DNA of 64,000 nt from Mobula hypostoma (GCF_963921235.1 NC_086097.1:15500001-15564000); one strand, 5' to 3'. Positions 36,952 to 50,175 are shown, counted from the stretch's first letter. Notes: generated from the letters alone by a model not told the origin. Numbers and translations are program-made.

Positions 36952-37565
36952 GTAAGAACATCTTGCAAATTTAAGAACTCCATTAGTCAATGGAACTGCA
37001 GTTTCAGCAGTCATCTTAAAATATAATGTAAATATAATGTTGGAGTATTAGGGCATGTTGCTTAGCTATTAAGGTAACAACAGGAGGGCACTGAATTATC
37101 ACTTAATATAAGTGATTGCTGTTTCTGTTTCCCCATATCTGCCTGCATTGACTTTTATTTTGCCATTCTCTTTATATGGTAGTAATAGGAATACGATATC
37201 ATTTCTGTTAAAATCCGTTTGGTACTTTATCATGTGCCTATTAATTTGTATAGTGGATAGTCTATTTCATTATCCTTCAAGAAATGGTACCACAGACAAA
37301 GCAAATTTTGTCTTCATCTAGCAACTGTACTTACTGGTTGTAATCAGTTGCTAAGACTGACGATAACCTTCTTATCATTAGGCTATGGGTCCTGCAACCG
37401 ATAAAAGTACTCCTGTCACTAACCAACTGAAATCTGCTTGGTTGGTGCATTCCATTTGTGCAAAACTTTCGGCTTGTATCAATGGACAATATGTAACAAC
37501 TAATTTAACGAAACCGGTAATTTACTAGGTGTCTTTGAACTGTAAGATAATGATTGTTGTCAGTT

Positions 37566-37842
37566 AGCCACGGTAGCGTGGTGGTTAGCATAACGCTTTA
37601 CGGTACAGGTGACCCGGGTTCAATTCCTGGTGCTGCCTGAATAAGGAGTTTGTGCGTTCTCCACATGACTGCCTGGGTTTCCTCTAAGTGCTCTGGTTTC
37701 CTCCCACAGTCCAAGGACTTACCAGTTAATTGTAATTAGGCTAGGATTACAAATTTGGGGATTGCTATGCGGCATGGCTGAAAGAGCCAGAAGGGCTTAT
37801 TCCACTCTGTGTGTAAATAAATAAATAAACAAACAAACAAAC
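37566..37842 (+). mobile_element. V-SINE (HE1-like)
   Basis: tRNA-like head (cacggtagcgtggtggttagc, gggttcaattcc), V-domain, (taaa)n(caaa)n tail. Confidence 0.82.
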
Positions 37843-38368
37843 TCATGGAGTACATTGGTCATATTTGTTCAGGTATTCAAGTCATCTGCTACATTATTTA
37901 GCATGTGCCCATCCATTGAATCTCTCCTAAATTATAAAGAATGAATGTTATCTGATATTTTAAATAAGATTGTAAAATTAATGCATCTGGTATTTGCTCA
38001 GCTGTTATGTACAGCAGTAAGGTGATACTAAATTAACAGTGAAGATGATCACTAAGCACTGAACATCATCGTCTGGGTCTAGGAACTCTTTTTATCATAA
38101 TGCTGCCTTCAGTACTCATTTTAACCATATTTATGCCCAGCAGTTTTAATATAATTTAATTTTGTCTAAGGGAAAAATTTTCTCATGATAATCTAATGAT
38201 GTGTTCGTATTACCACTGAATCTGTTGCAGTATTCTTCGGGAGGTTCTGAAATCCCAAAGAAATTGAAATCATATAGTTCATGATTAATGTTCCTCGTGA
38301 AATATTTAGATTATGCTAATGTTTAGTTCGTTCCGCTCTAATGATAACCAGTTGGCTCATTATTACAG

Positions 38369-38531
38369 GAGGTGAAGCAGCAGCTTAGCCGGGAGATTGA
38401 TGAGCATCAGCATGAATTGTCTACGCTGCAAGATGTACATCGGCAGAAAATAAATAGTCTCACAAAGCGACACAGGGATGAGCTTGCAGAGTACGAGGAG
38501 CGGATAGAAGAACTGGAGCAGCAATTGCAAG
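38369..38531 (+). CDS. TRIP11: TRIP11 coding exon (exon-6 equivalent)
   Basis: ttacag|...|gttcga, 163 bp, phase 0 to 1. EVKQQLSREIDEHQHELSTLQDVHRQK...ELAEYEERIEELEQQLQ. The donor is weak. Confidence 0.9.
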
Positions 38532-38904
38532 GTTCGAAGTAGCTATTCGTGCATTGGAACTCCAAAATGCACTGTAACTTGGCAGAGAAACTGTTCAGGA
38601 TTGCAGTAACATAAGATAACAATATCATCATGTGAATATATATTCTCACCTGTGTCATTACACATATCATACTAAGAAGCCATTCAGGAGTCATAACGCA
38701 AACACGAGGTTACCCATAGCCCTCTATTTTTCTAAGCTCTATATACCTATCCAGGAGGCTCTTAAAAGACCCTATCATATCTGCCTCCACCACCATAGCC
38801 GGCGGCCCATTCCACACACTCAGCACTCTGTGTAAAAAAAAAACTTACCCCTGACATCTCCTCTGTAGCTACTTCCAAGCACCTTAAAACTGTGCTCTCC
38901 CAGA

Positions 38905-39400
38905 GCCACTGGGCAGTTGTCATCAAGGAACGTTACCTTGTTTTTCTTAGGGCACCAGGATAATATTACTTTGTGTTAGGTGTGCGAATTATGTTTTGTG
39001 TTGTGCACTTTGGTCCAGAGGAAAATTGTTTCGTATGTATGGTTGAATGACAATAAACTGAACTTGAACTTAATAGTGCTAGTTTTAAAGCAGGTGAGAA
39101 CTTTGGATTGAAGAAGGGAGTGGTTAAAAATATCTGCAAGTACCCCAACCAGCTGATCTGCGCAGGATCTAATTACACAGCTAGGGACACCATCTGGGCC
39201 AGATGCCTTCCACGGTTCACTCTGTGGAAGACTTGAGGTTTGGGTGCACTCCAAGATTCCTGTTGGAGTAGGTGGCGACATACCAATCCTCTTTTGTTCA
39301 AAACATGCATAGAGTGCATGAAGTTCATTGGGAAGGGATGTGCTGTAATTGTATTGCTGCCTGACTTTGCTTTTAGCTCCTATAGCAAGTAAGTTCATCC
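38905..39400 (-). mobile_element. Decayed Rex/Babar-like LINE RT N-terminal fragment
   Basis: KASGPDGVPSCVIRSCADQLVGVLADIFNHSLLQSKVLTCFKTSTI. Confidence 0.75.
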
Positions 39401-39789
39401 ATGCTATTCCAGAGATAGTGATAAGTGAGCAATGAGATAGACTACCTAATTACAGTTGTTATTTTCTTACTGATTTCCAAACACTTGTATGGCTACTAAA
39501 TCAGAATCAGGTTTGTTATCACCGGCATGTGATGCAAAATTTGTTAACTTAGCAGCAGCAGTTCAATGCAATACATAATCTAGCAGAGAGAGAGAGAGAA
39601 AAAATTAAAGCATAATAATAAACAAGTAAATCAATTATGTATATTGAATAGATTATTAAAAAATGTGCAAAAACAGAAATACTGTATATTAAAAAAAGTG
39701 AGGTAATATCCAAAGCTTCAAATTTCATTCAGGAATCAGATGGCAGAGGGGAGGAAGCTGTTCCTGAATCGCTGAGTGTGTGCCTTCAA

Positions 39790-42030
39790 GATAAAGATAA
39801 GAGTCCATTGTATTACAAGAAAGATACTAGCATGGATATAAGATTGACTAACTGTCGGGGACCATTGGTACAGAATAAATTGCAGGACATGATGCTGAGG
39901 GCCAGGATCTGCCAACATTTGGAACAAACGGGGTCTGACAGGATAGTCAGCGTGGCTTTGTGCATGTAAAGTCTTGTCTGCGAAATCTGTTGGAGGATTT
40001 CTTTGAAGAGATAACCAATAGGGCAGACCAGGGTCAGGCAGTAGATGTTGTGTATATGAACTTTAGCATGGTCGTTGACAAAGTCCTTCATGGCCTGGAA
40101 GGTTAGATTGCATTGTATCCAGGGGGAGATAGCAGACTGGATTTGTAATTGTCTTGGTGGTAGGAAGTAGAGGTTTGGCTCTCAGACTGGAGGTCTGTGT
40201 CTAGTGATGTGCCACAGGGATCAGTTATGGGACCTTTGTTGTTTGTAATTTATATAAACAATGGATGTGAACGTACAAGGCATGGTTAGTAACTTTCTGG
40301 ATAATACCAAATTAGCTGGTATTATAGATAGTGTAGAAGGTTATTAGAAATTTCAGGGGATCTAGATCAGCTAGCTATGAGGGCTGAGGATTGACAAATG
40401 GCTTCAATTCAGATAAATGTGTGGTATTGTATTTTGGAAGATCAAACTAGGTTAGGACTTGTGCAGTGATTCTAGGGATGCCATTACATAGTTCAGAAAA
40501 GCATTGTGACAAGTAAATAGGGTAGTGAAGAGGGCATTTGGCATGCTGGCTTTTGTTAATCAGGGTATTGAGTATAGGAGTTGGGAAGTTATGATGCTGT
40601 TATACGAGATATTGGTGAGGCTGCACTTGTATTGAGAATTGTGGATCACAGGCAAAATTCTTGAGGCAACATCTGTGGAGGGGAATAAACAGTTGATGAT
40701 TCGGGTCAGGACCTTTCATCAGAACTGGAAAGGAGTGTTGTGTATAGCTTTGCTCACACTATTAAAGGAAATAGGTGATTAAACTCGAAAGAGAGCAGAA
40801 ATGATTTACCAGGATGTTACCAGGACTTGGGGAGCTTGAGTTACAAGGAGAGGCTGTGTAGGTGATGACTTTAACCTCTGGAATTGAGGGCAGGGGTCCG
40901 CAACCTTCTTTGCACCACAGACTGGTTTAATATTGACAATATTCTTGCGGACCGGCTGACTGGGGGCGGGGGGTGTTCAAGTAGGGTTAAACTCACCTCG
41001 ACATGTCTTTTACAGTTAGGGTTGCCAGCTTTCTCACTCCCAAATAAGGGACAAAAGTAGCAGTCAAATACGGGACACTTGTGTTTACCCCAGGAAAGAC
41101 TACCATGACCATGAAGCCTTGCGCAGGCACCTGTGTGGGCATGCGCATACGTGCTGATTTTTTTTCCACAAATTGGTTTTGGCTTAATCTTCCTGACTAC
41201 ACTGTACATACATTATTTCTACTTTATATAGGCTGTGTATTTATCATATCATTCCTGCTTTTACTATATGTTAGTGTTATTTTAGGTTTTATGTTTTATT
41301 TGGTATGATTTAGTAGGTTATTTTTTGTCTGAGAATGCTCAAAAATTTTTCCCATATAAATTAATGGTAATTGCTTCTTCACTTTACGCCATTTCGGCAC
41401 GAAAGGTTTCATAGGAACGCTCTACCTTAGCGGGGGAAATACGGGACAAGGGCGGTCCCGTATGGGACAAACCAGTTTAGCCCAATGTACGGATGTCCTG
41501 GCAAATACGAGACAGTTGGCAACCCTATGTTCAAGTTCAACAGTGCGTGACAGGGAATGAGGAAAGGTGTAGCTGACTCATATTGTTTCCTCGCGGCCCG
41601 GTAGCACATGCTTTGCGGCCCGGTAGTTGGGGACCGCTGATTTAGGGGATTGGGGGTAACCAGATAGAGGTGTATAAGATCATGAGGGGCATAGACAGGG
41701 TGAAAGGACATTTTTTTTTTTTTTTTACCAGAGTGGGGAGTGGGGTTGCTCAAAACAAGAGGGCTTGGGTTTAAGATTAAAGACGTAAAATTTAGAAGTG
41801 ACATCAGGGCAACTTCGTCATGCAAAGAGTTGTGCATACATGGAATGTACTACCAGAAATTGTAATTGAGGCAGACATATTAGTAATATTTAAAAAAAAA
41901 CCATAGATAGGTACATGAGTAGGAGGTATTTATAGGGCTGTGGGCCGAATGTAGTCAGATGGCACTAGCTCACTGAATAGCATAGTCTGCAGAGTTAGGC
42001 CAGAGGGTCTGTTTGCATGCTGCATGACTG
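39790..42030 (+). mobile_element. Old CR1 LINE RT/3' region, interrupted by a Penelope fragment (~40640-40735) and a hAT composite (40891-41639)
   Basis: Decayed VPQGSVMGP, QGIEYRSWEVM and IEVYKIMRGIDRV motifs. Confidence 0.75.
40891..41639. mobile_element. Composite hAT-type MITE (outer Charlie-like, inner second hAT-like, captured Tigger end)
   Basis: Outer TIRs caggggtccgcaac / gttggggaccgctg with TSD attgaggg/atttaggg. The inner element 40982-41527 runs tagggtt...aacccta with perfect TSD tgttcaag. Confidence 0.82.
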
Positions 42031-42319
42031 TACTGTTCTCAGAGCCTCCTATCACGTAAATTTATCACTAATCCTCAATTCTGTGCAATACAAAATATTT
42101 TCCTCTCACCTGGATGGCATTTTAAAGTTTCAATGAGGGGAGTCTTTTCTGTGCTGTCAGGATTTGTGAAGAGAAACTTGACAACTGGATCAGAAACTAG
42201 TGTTCCAACTCTTTGATAAAGCGCATGAATAAATTGTACCCCTAATTTTACCCCAGCAGTTTGCCTTAAGGTAAAGGCCATAATAATTATTCTATTTTAG
42301 TTGTGCAAACTACATCAAA

Positions 42320-43182
42320 TTGAATTGACTTATTTCTTACATCCTTCACATACATAAGGAGTAAAAATCTTTACGTTATGTCTCTTGTCTAAATGTGTAA
42401 TTTATAGTCATTTGTAATAAATAGTATGTACAGTAGGACAGTCAATATAACATAGAAATACACTCAAATCAGCGTGAATTAATCAGTCTGATAGCTTGGT
42501 GGAAGAAGTGGTCCCGGAGCCTGTTGGTCTTGGCTTTTATGCAGGGGTAACATTTCCTGGATGGTAACAACTAGAATAGTTTGTGGTTGGGGTGTCTCTG
42601 ATCCCCAATGATCCTTCTGGCCCTTTCTACGCACCTGCCTCTGTAAGTGTCCTGAATAGTGGGGAGTTCACATCTACAGATGTGCTGGGCTGTCTGCACC
42701 ACTCTCTGCAGAGTCCTGCGATTGAGGGAAGTACAGTTCCCATACCAGGCAGTGATGCAACCAGTCTGGATGCTCTCAATTGTGCCCCTGTAGAAAGTCC
42801 CTAGAATTTGGGGACTCATACCAAACAACTTCATGGGTCTGAGGTGAAAGAGGTGGTGTTACGCTTTTTTAAAACCACAAGCCGGTATGTACAGACCACG
42901 TGAGATCCTCGGTGATGTGTATACCGAGGAACTTAAAGCTGTTCACTGTCTCAACCCCAAATCCATTGATCTCAATAGAGGTGAGCCTCTCTCCATTCCT
43001 CCACAGTCCACAACCAGCTCCTTTGTTTTTGCAATATTGAGGGAGAGGTTGTTTTCTTGACACCATTGTGTTAGGGTGATGACTAAGTAAGCTACTTTGT
43101 AAGCTACCTCATTATTATTTGAGATAAGGCCGATTAATGTAGTATCGTCAGTAAATTTAATTAGCAGATTGGAGCTGTGTGT
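42320..43182 (-). mobile_element. Rex1/Babar-like LINE 3' fragment (same subfamily as 13615)
   Basis: SFKFLGIHITEDLTWSVHT and FYRGTIESIQTGCITAWYGNCT. Confidence 0.85.
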
Positions 43183-43781
43183 GTCCAGTGCATATTGGGT
43201 GAAAACATAGAAGAATCTATGTGGCGATGAGCCAGAATAATTTTGTGTAACATCCTCGGGAGAGGTTGGCCTTCATTTTATTAATCACATCCCCAGAGTT
43301 GAAAAGGAAATGTGTTAATCCACTGCAACTTGTGGGCAAATCATCAGTGTATGATTCAATTATTTTATTAATAGTGTTTGAAAAAATTTGGTTCGAAATG
43401 ATACCTCAGTGTATGTAAAACTTCACTGCTTTAGATGATGCAAATCTGATGCCAGACTGGATCGGACTTTACTTATCGGAATCCAGTAGTTTTCTAGTGC
43501 TATGTGTTGTATAGTTAGTCAGATGCATAAATCTGACAGTGAATTTTTGGCTAATTTATCTAATTATTAAATCATGAAGATTTATCTGTATTTCAACAGT
43601 AGGCTAGAATACTTAAGGTTTTATTTTCAAGTTACTTCTAATGTAAGTTAATTTTTTTTGAATAATTCTAAACAGTTCACATTTACGGAAAGCTTGTGTC
43701 CTTAGCTGGTGAGTTGTAAGGATGAATAAAGATATGTTTTATTCCTTATAATTTAACATAATTTCATATTGTCTGTTATAG

Positions 43782-43822
43782 ATGCAGAGACAGAACAGAA
43801 GGGAATGAATAACTCTCAAGAT
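43782..43822 (+). CDS. TRIP11: TRIP11 small coding exon (exon-8 equivalent)
   Basis: ttatag|...|gtatgt, 41 bp, phase 1 to 0. (D)AETEQKGMNNSQD resembles human DAENEIMRLSSLNQ. Restores frame between the neighbouring exons. Confidence 0.75.
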
Positions 43823-44254
43823 GTATGTATGTGCAGGTGGCTTCCTGAGCAATGTCTTACCTTAATTTTGTGTTAAATATTCCTGCTCCTTATTCAGATA
43901 AGATTCACATGATAAACAAAATCTATACTGTATTCAAGATGTCTTGATAACTCTAGAACAGCAAGTTCTAAATTCCAGTGAGTAGTATCCATGAGTGGGT
44001 GCAAGTTGCACATTGTGAGACCTTTGTAAAATATGCATTAATTAATAGCCATCTGTAAACAGATCTGTAAATCTGCAAAGGATGGACTATAAGTTCAGTA
44101 TTTATTATTGAATGGTTTCAAAGGTCAAGTTTCAATTAGTAAATATCTGTATGAAGTATTGAGTATTAAATTATCACGTAAACCAATTATGCAGATCTTT
44201 GTGTGAGGAATGATATCTGAAAAATTTGAGAATTTTTGTCTAATTGAGAATGCT

Positions 44255-45360
44255 TGTCTAGACAGCTCTTAAATGCTGTTAGTAACTCTGCTTTTGCCAT
44301 TCTCTCCAACAGTGCAGTATTAATACTTGACACTATCTGGGTGGATAAATTCCCCTTACATCCCTGTTAAATCTCATACTCCTTTTCCTCAATCTGGCTC
44401 CTCTGGTTTCATCTACTTCTGAAAAGGAGAGAAAATTCCCATGACCTACCCTATTTAGACCTCTCAATAATTTCTTTATCTCAGTCGTGTCTTCTCTTAA
44501 CCTTCTGCACTCCAGGGAGAATAGATGTAATCTTTCTAATGTAACTAAAACACTCCATCTCATTTTGGTGAATCTTCTTTATACCCTGTCCACTGCGTTC
44601 TTCCATTAGTGCAGTGACCAGAAGTGCATATAATACTTAAGCTGAAGTTTGACCAGTGATTTATAAAATTGGAGCATAATTGCCCTGCTCTTGTATCCAG
44701 TGACCTGATGACTGAAAACCATTGTCTGATATAGCTTCTTAACCATTATCACCTTCAAAGATCTTTGGACATGCACACTTCAATGCTTCCTAGAACCTGG
44801 TGTTATGACTTAATCTCATTAGTATTCACAAAATACATCTCTTCACATTTATCAGGATTGAAATACATCTACTATTTCTCATGTTGTTTCCCAGATACAT
44901 TGATACCCCCCCTGTAGCCCAAGACTACCTTCCACCCTGTTAATGGCGCCGCCAATCTTGAGTCACTTGCGAACTTGCTGATCACACCTTCTATATCCAC
45001 ATCGAAATCATTCATGTATATTTCAAAGAGCAAAGGCCCCAGCACCACTGATTTGAGGCAAACAATCACAGTCCTCAGCCATCATTCTCTCTTCTACTGG
45101 CAAGTCAATATTGGATCCGATTAGCCAACTTGCCCATGATCCCTGGACCATTTGGACCACGTTGAAGGCCACACCAAAGTTCATGTTGGTCACATCTACT
45201 GCCCTATCCTCATCTGATGCACTTGTTACCTTCTCAAATAACCCACTTTGATTGGTTGTCCAAGATTTATCCCTGACATGGTCATATTGGCCATCTCTGA
45301 TTTGTCCCTACCTGTCCAATTCATCATTTATCCTGCCCTTCAGAATTTTTTCAATTACTG
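44255..45360 (-). mobile_element. Old CR1 LINE fragment
   Basis: SVVLGPLLFEIYMNDFD...SKFASDS and LERLHLFSLECRRLRED. Confidence 0.75.
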
Positions 45361-45777
45361 CAACTTGTTGTAATTACATTTTTCAATAATTTACTATTTT
45401 TTTGGGAAGTTTTTGCTTTTAATTGCTTCTCAATATCAAACAGGTTTTTGACAACTATCTTTACCAATGTGCATAGATTTAGCCAACTGTCCAGGTTCAC
45501 TTTGGCTTTTATTATTGGGCCTTTGTTCTGGTATCACTTTCAGAGCAGTAGTGGGAGACAGCTGATCATGGGTTCCGGGCTTGTATTTATTTTCCTCTCA
45601 AGACGTAAGTGTGGAACAGCTTGAGCTTATAAAATATTCAGTAACTTTCTTCAGATGTTTGAAATCTAAGAAAGTATGCTGAAGTCATGGGACTGCTTTA
45701 ATGTGTCTACTTTGAACCACTTCTCAGAAACCTACTCATTCCTTAGTAGTCTTTTCCCCTAAAGAGGGTTCACACTG

Positions 45778-46016
45778 CCCATGGCGCTATGGTAGCATCA
45801 TATTTAGTGTGATGCTATTAAACTTGGGGCTTTCTAGGGTTCAGAGTTCTGTAAGTGCTTCCCGTGGAATGCATGGGTTTTCTCTGGGTCCTCCTTTTTC
45901 CTCCCTCAGTCCAAAGACGTACCATGTGGGTTAACTGGCCATTGTAAGTTGTCCTGTGATTTGGATTAGGGTTATTCGGGGGTTGCTGGGCAGCCAGAAG
46001 GGCTTACTCTGCACTA
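45778..46016 (+). mobile_element. V-SINE (HE1-like)
   Basis: V-domain gggttttctctgggtcctcctttttcctccctcagtccaaagacgt. Confidence 0.7.
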
Positions 46017-46277
46017 TCGTATCCCCTTTTGCCTATCACCTGTCCAGCTCTCGGCTCTATCCCTCCCCCTCCTGTCTTCTCCTATCATTTTGCATCTCCC
46101 CCTCCCCCTCCAGCTTTCAAATCCCTTACTCACTCTTCCTTCAGTTAGTCCTGACGAAGGGTCTCGGCCTGAAACGTCGACTGCGCCTCTTCCTATAGAT
46201 GCTGCTTGGCCTGCTGCGTTCACCAGCAACTTTGATGTATGTTGCTTGAATTTCCAGCATCTGCAGAATTCCTGTTG
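46017..46277 (+). mobile_element. Penelope-like terminal repeat (pyrimidine-rich leader and hammerhead)
   Basis: 3' half is nearly identical to 18901-19034. Confidence 0.8.
46147..46182 (+). ncRNA. Minimal type I hammerhead ribozyme motif (Penelope-type)
   Basis: agtcctgacgaagggtctcggcctgaaacgtcgact, identical to 18901-18936. Confidence 0.78.
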
Positions 46278-46726
46278 TCCACCTGTATTAATCCCATTTA
46301 TTTGAATTTGGCCTGTAGCCTTCGATCCCTTGGCAATTCATGTGTTCAGCTAAATATTTCTTAAATATTCTTGGAGTATTCACTTCTACCTTCCTGTCAA
46401 CATAAAAACTGTTTTAGATTTTTAAATTTTACCTTTGCTTTGTTATTGATGCATTGTGCTGGCATACCTTTTAGGTTATCATGCTTGTTTTGATCTAGGG
46501 TAGGGGTAATCAAAATTGTGCCTTTGTGTCAAGATTTGGGACGATAATAAAAATGAAGGAAAAATAAATTAAACATACTTCATTTGAAAAGATTTTAAAC
46601 AATCTTTATTAAGAGTTTTTAAAATTAATTTTTTTAGGAGTTTTCTAAGAATTTTTGATCAAATAACCAACTTTCATATTTGGTAGATAATTGTGTAGTT
46701 TAATTTTGATTTTGTGTACTTTTAAG

Positions 46727-46816
46727 GGTAAGTATAATGGACAAGAAGATATTCATGAGCTAAAAGCAAGTCTGGAATTGTTAAACCATGAAAAAGAAGA
46801 ACTACAAAAGGAAAAG
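46727..46816 (+). CDS. TRIP11: TRIP11 coding exon (exon-9 equivalent)
   Basis: tttaag|...|gttagt, 90 bp, phase 0-0. GKYNGQEDIHELKASLELLNHEKEELQKEK. Confidence 0.85.
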
Positions 46817-47896
46817 GTTAGTGTTGGATCATGAATTTTTTTTCAGATTGATATTAGGATATGTTTGCACTCTTTTGTTTGGAATGGTCTTTTAAAATCA
46901 AGATGATTTCTGTATCATAAACTTCTTCAGAAAGGCCCCCAATGTTGTGCTGAGGGTGGAGAAAATAAAACCCTTGGCAACAGCAACTGTAAGCACCTCT
47001 TACAGGTTGTTTTTGGAATCGCATGCTTCAATATCCAAAAATCTGCCTTTGAGACATGATATGTGCTCCACCCAGCAATGTGATAAAAGTGCACCAATGT
47101 TGTTCATGAAGAGATTCCAATTTGTTGCATTCTTTCTAACTGAGACCAATACGCAACCTGTGTTGTCTAATGATTATTGTTAGGACAGAAAATTTTAAAT
47201 AGGTATTTTGTCATTCATGTGTTTTCCAAAATAACATGGGAAGGCATTTGAAGATCAAGAGCAAGTTAAGCTTTTATGACGGAACATTTATCCACTGTCA
47301 GTAAAATGGTTGTTGAGCACTGTTAGATAATTGAGTAAATTAATAGAATTTGGAGGAAATGACCTGTTCACAATTTCCTCATCAGATTCCAGATAATTTT
47401 GCAAAGTAAGATTGCCTAGATAGGCAGTAGAAAGTTTAAGCCTGATGATGTAATTGATAGATTACCAACTTTGCTTGTATAGTCAGGGTCTCTGAATTTT
47501 GGGGAATGCCCCCATAGTTAAGTTCTTAGGTTTGTGTTTATGTTTACAAGATGGTATGAACTTCATGTTGGACAGCAGCTGCTATATTTGTAGATTGCTG
47601 GATTGTGATTTGAGTAATGCTGGAAATAATTCAGTATCCAATAGTTGTCTGATGTGGAAAATAAGCTAATAACCATTTGAAACTGAGTAATCATTTAGCA
47701 GTCTTAAGCTCTTCATTGCAAAATTGCACGAATGTAATTCTAATGAATTTTGAGTGTTTCAGATGCACATTTTAGATTGGTGGTATCCATTCTGGTTCAT
47801 CTCTGAATTAACAGGACTTTGCAATTGATCATGTGATATGTTGATTGTGTTTAAAGTTGATCAAATGTGCAATTAAAGAAATCCTTTGAATGGCAG

Positions 47897-48097
47897 GAGG
47901 CAATGCAACAGGAACTCTCAAACCTGCAGAATATTCAGAAGAGTGAATCGGACCTTAATAGTCTGGCCTTGGAAGTGAGTGAACTGAAGCAGAATTTGTT
48001 GACCAAAGAGAATGAGCTGTCGGACATCTCCATGCAGAGGGACAGATTAATGTCTGAATTGGAAGAACTGGACAAACAGAATCAAGAAGCTACTGAA
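47897..48097 (+). CDS. TRIP11: TRIP11 coding exon (exon-10 equivalent)
   Basis: tggcag|...|gtatgc, 201 bp. EAMQQELSNLQ...ELEELDKQNQEATE. An alternative in-frame acceptor is possible at 47879. Confidence 0.88.
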
Positions 48098-48260
48098 GTA
48101 TGCATTGTACCATTCATTATTTATAATGGTGTTACTGTAGCTCCTGATTCCTTGTGTAAGGTTTGTAAATTGTAACAAACTAATATCCTTTGGATTAATG
48201 GAAGAAAGTATTTCCTTTGTGGCAAAAAGATTTTCAAATTGCTTTTTACAGTCAATTGTA

Positions 48261-49859
48261 CAGTGGTGCTGGAAAGTTTGTGAACTCTTCAGAATTTTCT
48301 CTGTTTCTGCATAAGTATGACCTAAAATGTGATTAGATCTTCATGTAAGTTTTATCTATAGATAAAGAGAACCCAATTAAATAAGCAACACAAAAAAAAC
48401 ATACTTGTTCATTTATTTATTGAGAAAAATGATCCAATATTACATGTAGTTGTTGGAAAAAGTATCTGAACCTCTAGTATTATCAGTTCATTTAAAGGGG
48501 AAGTTAGGTGTTTCAATCAATGGGATTACAATCAGGTGTGATTGTAGGAGGCCCTGGCCTATTCAAAGAACATAAAGCTGGGTCTTCATTATCAAAGTCT
48601 GATCTTTACCACATAGGTTTTTGGAAGTGTGCCATACTGCGATCAAAGGTGATTTCTGAGAACCTCAGAAAAATAGTTTTTGATGCTCACGCTGGAAAAA
48701 GGATACAAAACCTTTTCTAAAGAGTTTGGGCTTCACCAATACACAGTCAGGCAGATGGTGTACAAATGGAGGAAATTCAACACTGTCGTTACTCTCCCCA
48801 GAAGTGGTCGGCCAACAAAAATCACTCCAAGAGTTAGGCATGTAATATTCCAGGAGGTCACAAAGATACTCAGGGTTACATCTAAGGAGCTACGCCCTCT
48901 CTTGCATTGGCTAATGTCAGTGTTCATCAGGCAAATACTGAATACCAATGATGTGCATGGCAAGATTGCAAGGAGGAAGCAACTACTCTCCAAGAAGAAC
49001 ATTGCTGCCCACTTACAGTTTGCTAAAGACCACGTGGATAAGCCAGAAGGCTATTGGAAGAATGCTCTGTGAATGTGTGAGTCCAAAATAGAACTTTTTG
49101 GCTTAAACAAGAAGCGTTATATTTGGTGAAAAGCAAACACTGCATTCCAGCATAAGAACCTCATCGCATCTGTGAAACATGGTGATGGCAGTGTCGTGGT
49201 TTGTGCCTGCTTTGCTGCCTTGGGACCAGGACGGCTTACTATATTTGACGGAACTATGAATTTTTTTTAAATCTCCTAGTAAATTCTACAGGAAAATGTC
49301 AGGGTATCCAAACGTAAACAGAAGCTCAAGAGAAAGTGGGTCATGCAGCTAGACAACGATCCTAAACACAAGTCAGTCTACTAAAGAATGTCTAAAGCAG
49401 AAGAAATCTCACGTTTTGGAATGGCCGAGTCAAAGTCCTGACCTTAATCCTATAGAAATGTTGTGGAAGGACCTGAAGCAAGCAGTTCATGCAAGGAAGC
49501 CCACCAGCATTCTAGAATTGAAGCCGTTTTGTAAGGAGGAATGGTCTAAAGTTCCAACAAGTCAATGTGCGGGACTGATCAGCAGTTATCAGAAACGTTT
49601 GGTTGAAGTTATTGCTGTACAAGGGGGTCACACCAGTTACTGAAAGCAAAGGTTCACATACTTTTTCCAACAAATACATGTAATATTGGATCATTTTTCT
49701 TAATAAATAAATGAACAAGTATAATGTTTTTGTGTTACTTATTTAAGTCGATTCTCTTTATCCAATTTTAGGACTTGCGTGAAGATCTGATCGCATTTTA
49801 GGTCATATTTATGCAGAAATAAATATTCTAAAGGGTTCACAAACTTTCTAGCACCACTG
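48261..49859 (+). mobile_element. Full-length Tc1 transposon with inactivated transposase
   Basis: TA|cagtggtgct...agcaccactg|TA with ~210-bp TIRs. Transposase pieces at ~48633-49643 include LPRSGRP, DNDPKH and WPSQSPDLNPIE, with stops and frameshifts. Confidence 0.95.
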
Positions 49860-50175
49860 TATTTCCCACATTATCAGACTGGAAAATGTGTGCCAATGAT
49901 TGGTTTTTAACCCTATTTCAATGCAGTAGTATACCCAGTTGCTATAATTTGGAAAGGGATTGGGGCATAACAGTTGAGTTATAATCAGAAAATACATTGC
50001 ATACTCAAGGAGCTCTCATTGTGTGTTTTGTAAATCATAGAAATATAAACATATTGTAGCTAGCTTTGGTGCTCACAGGATATTAAATACCACATTGAGG
50101 AAATTTGTAATGTAAAGTTTGAACAGTTTTTAGATCATTTATTTTGGCCTTACTGTGGGTGACACAGGAATTTGT

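Noticed and set aside
37566..37635. tRNA gene
   Set aside because: The A/B-box-like head continues into a V-domain SINE body. There is no complete cloverleaf, and multiple decayed copies exist.
38185..38250. Intronic box C/D snoRNA candidate (atgat...ctga)
   Set aside because: No complete RUGAUGA box C and no terminal stem.
47851..47866. Upstream acceptor ttaaag for the exon-10 equivalent
   Set aside because: It is out of phase with the preceding exon. Homology favours 47897.
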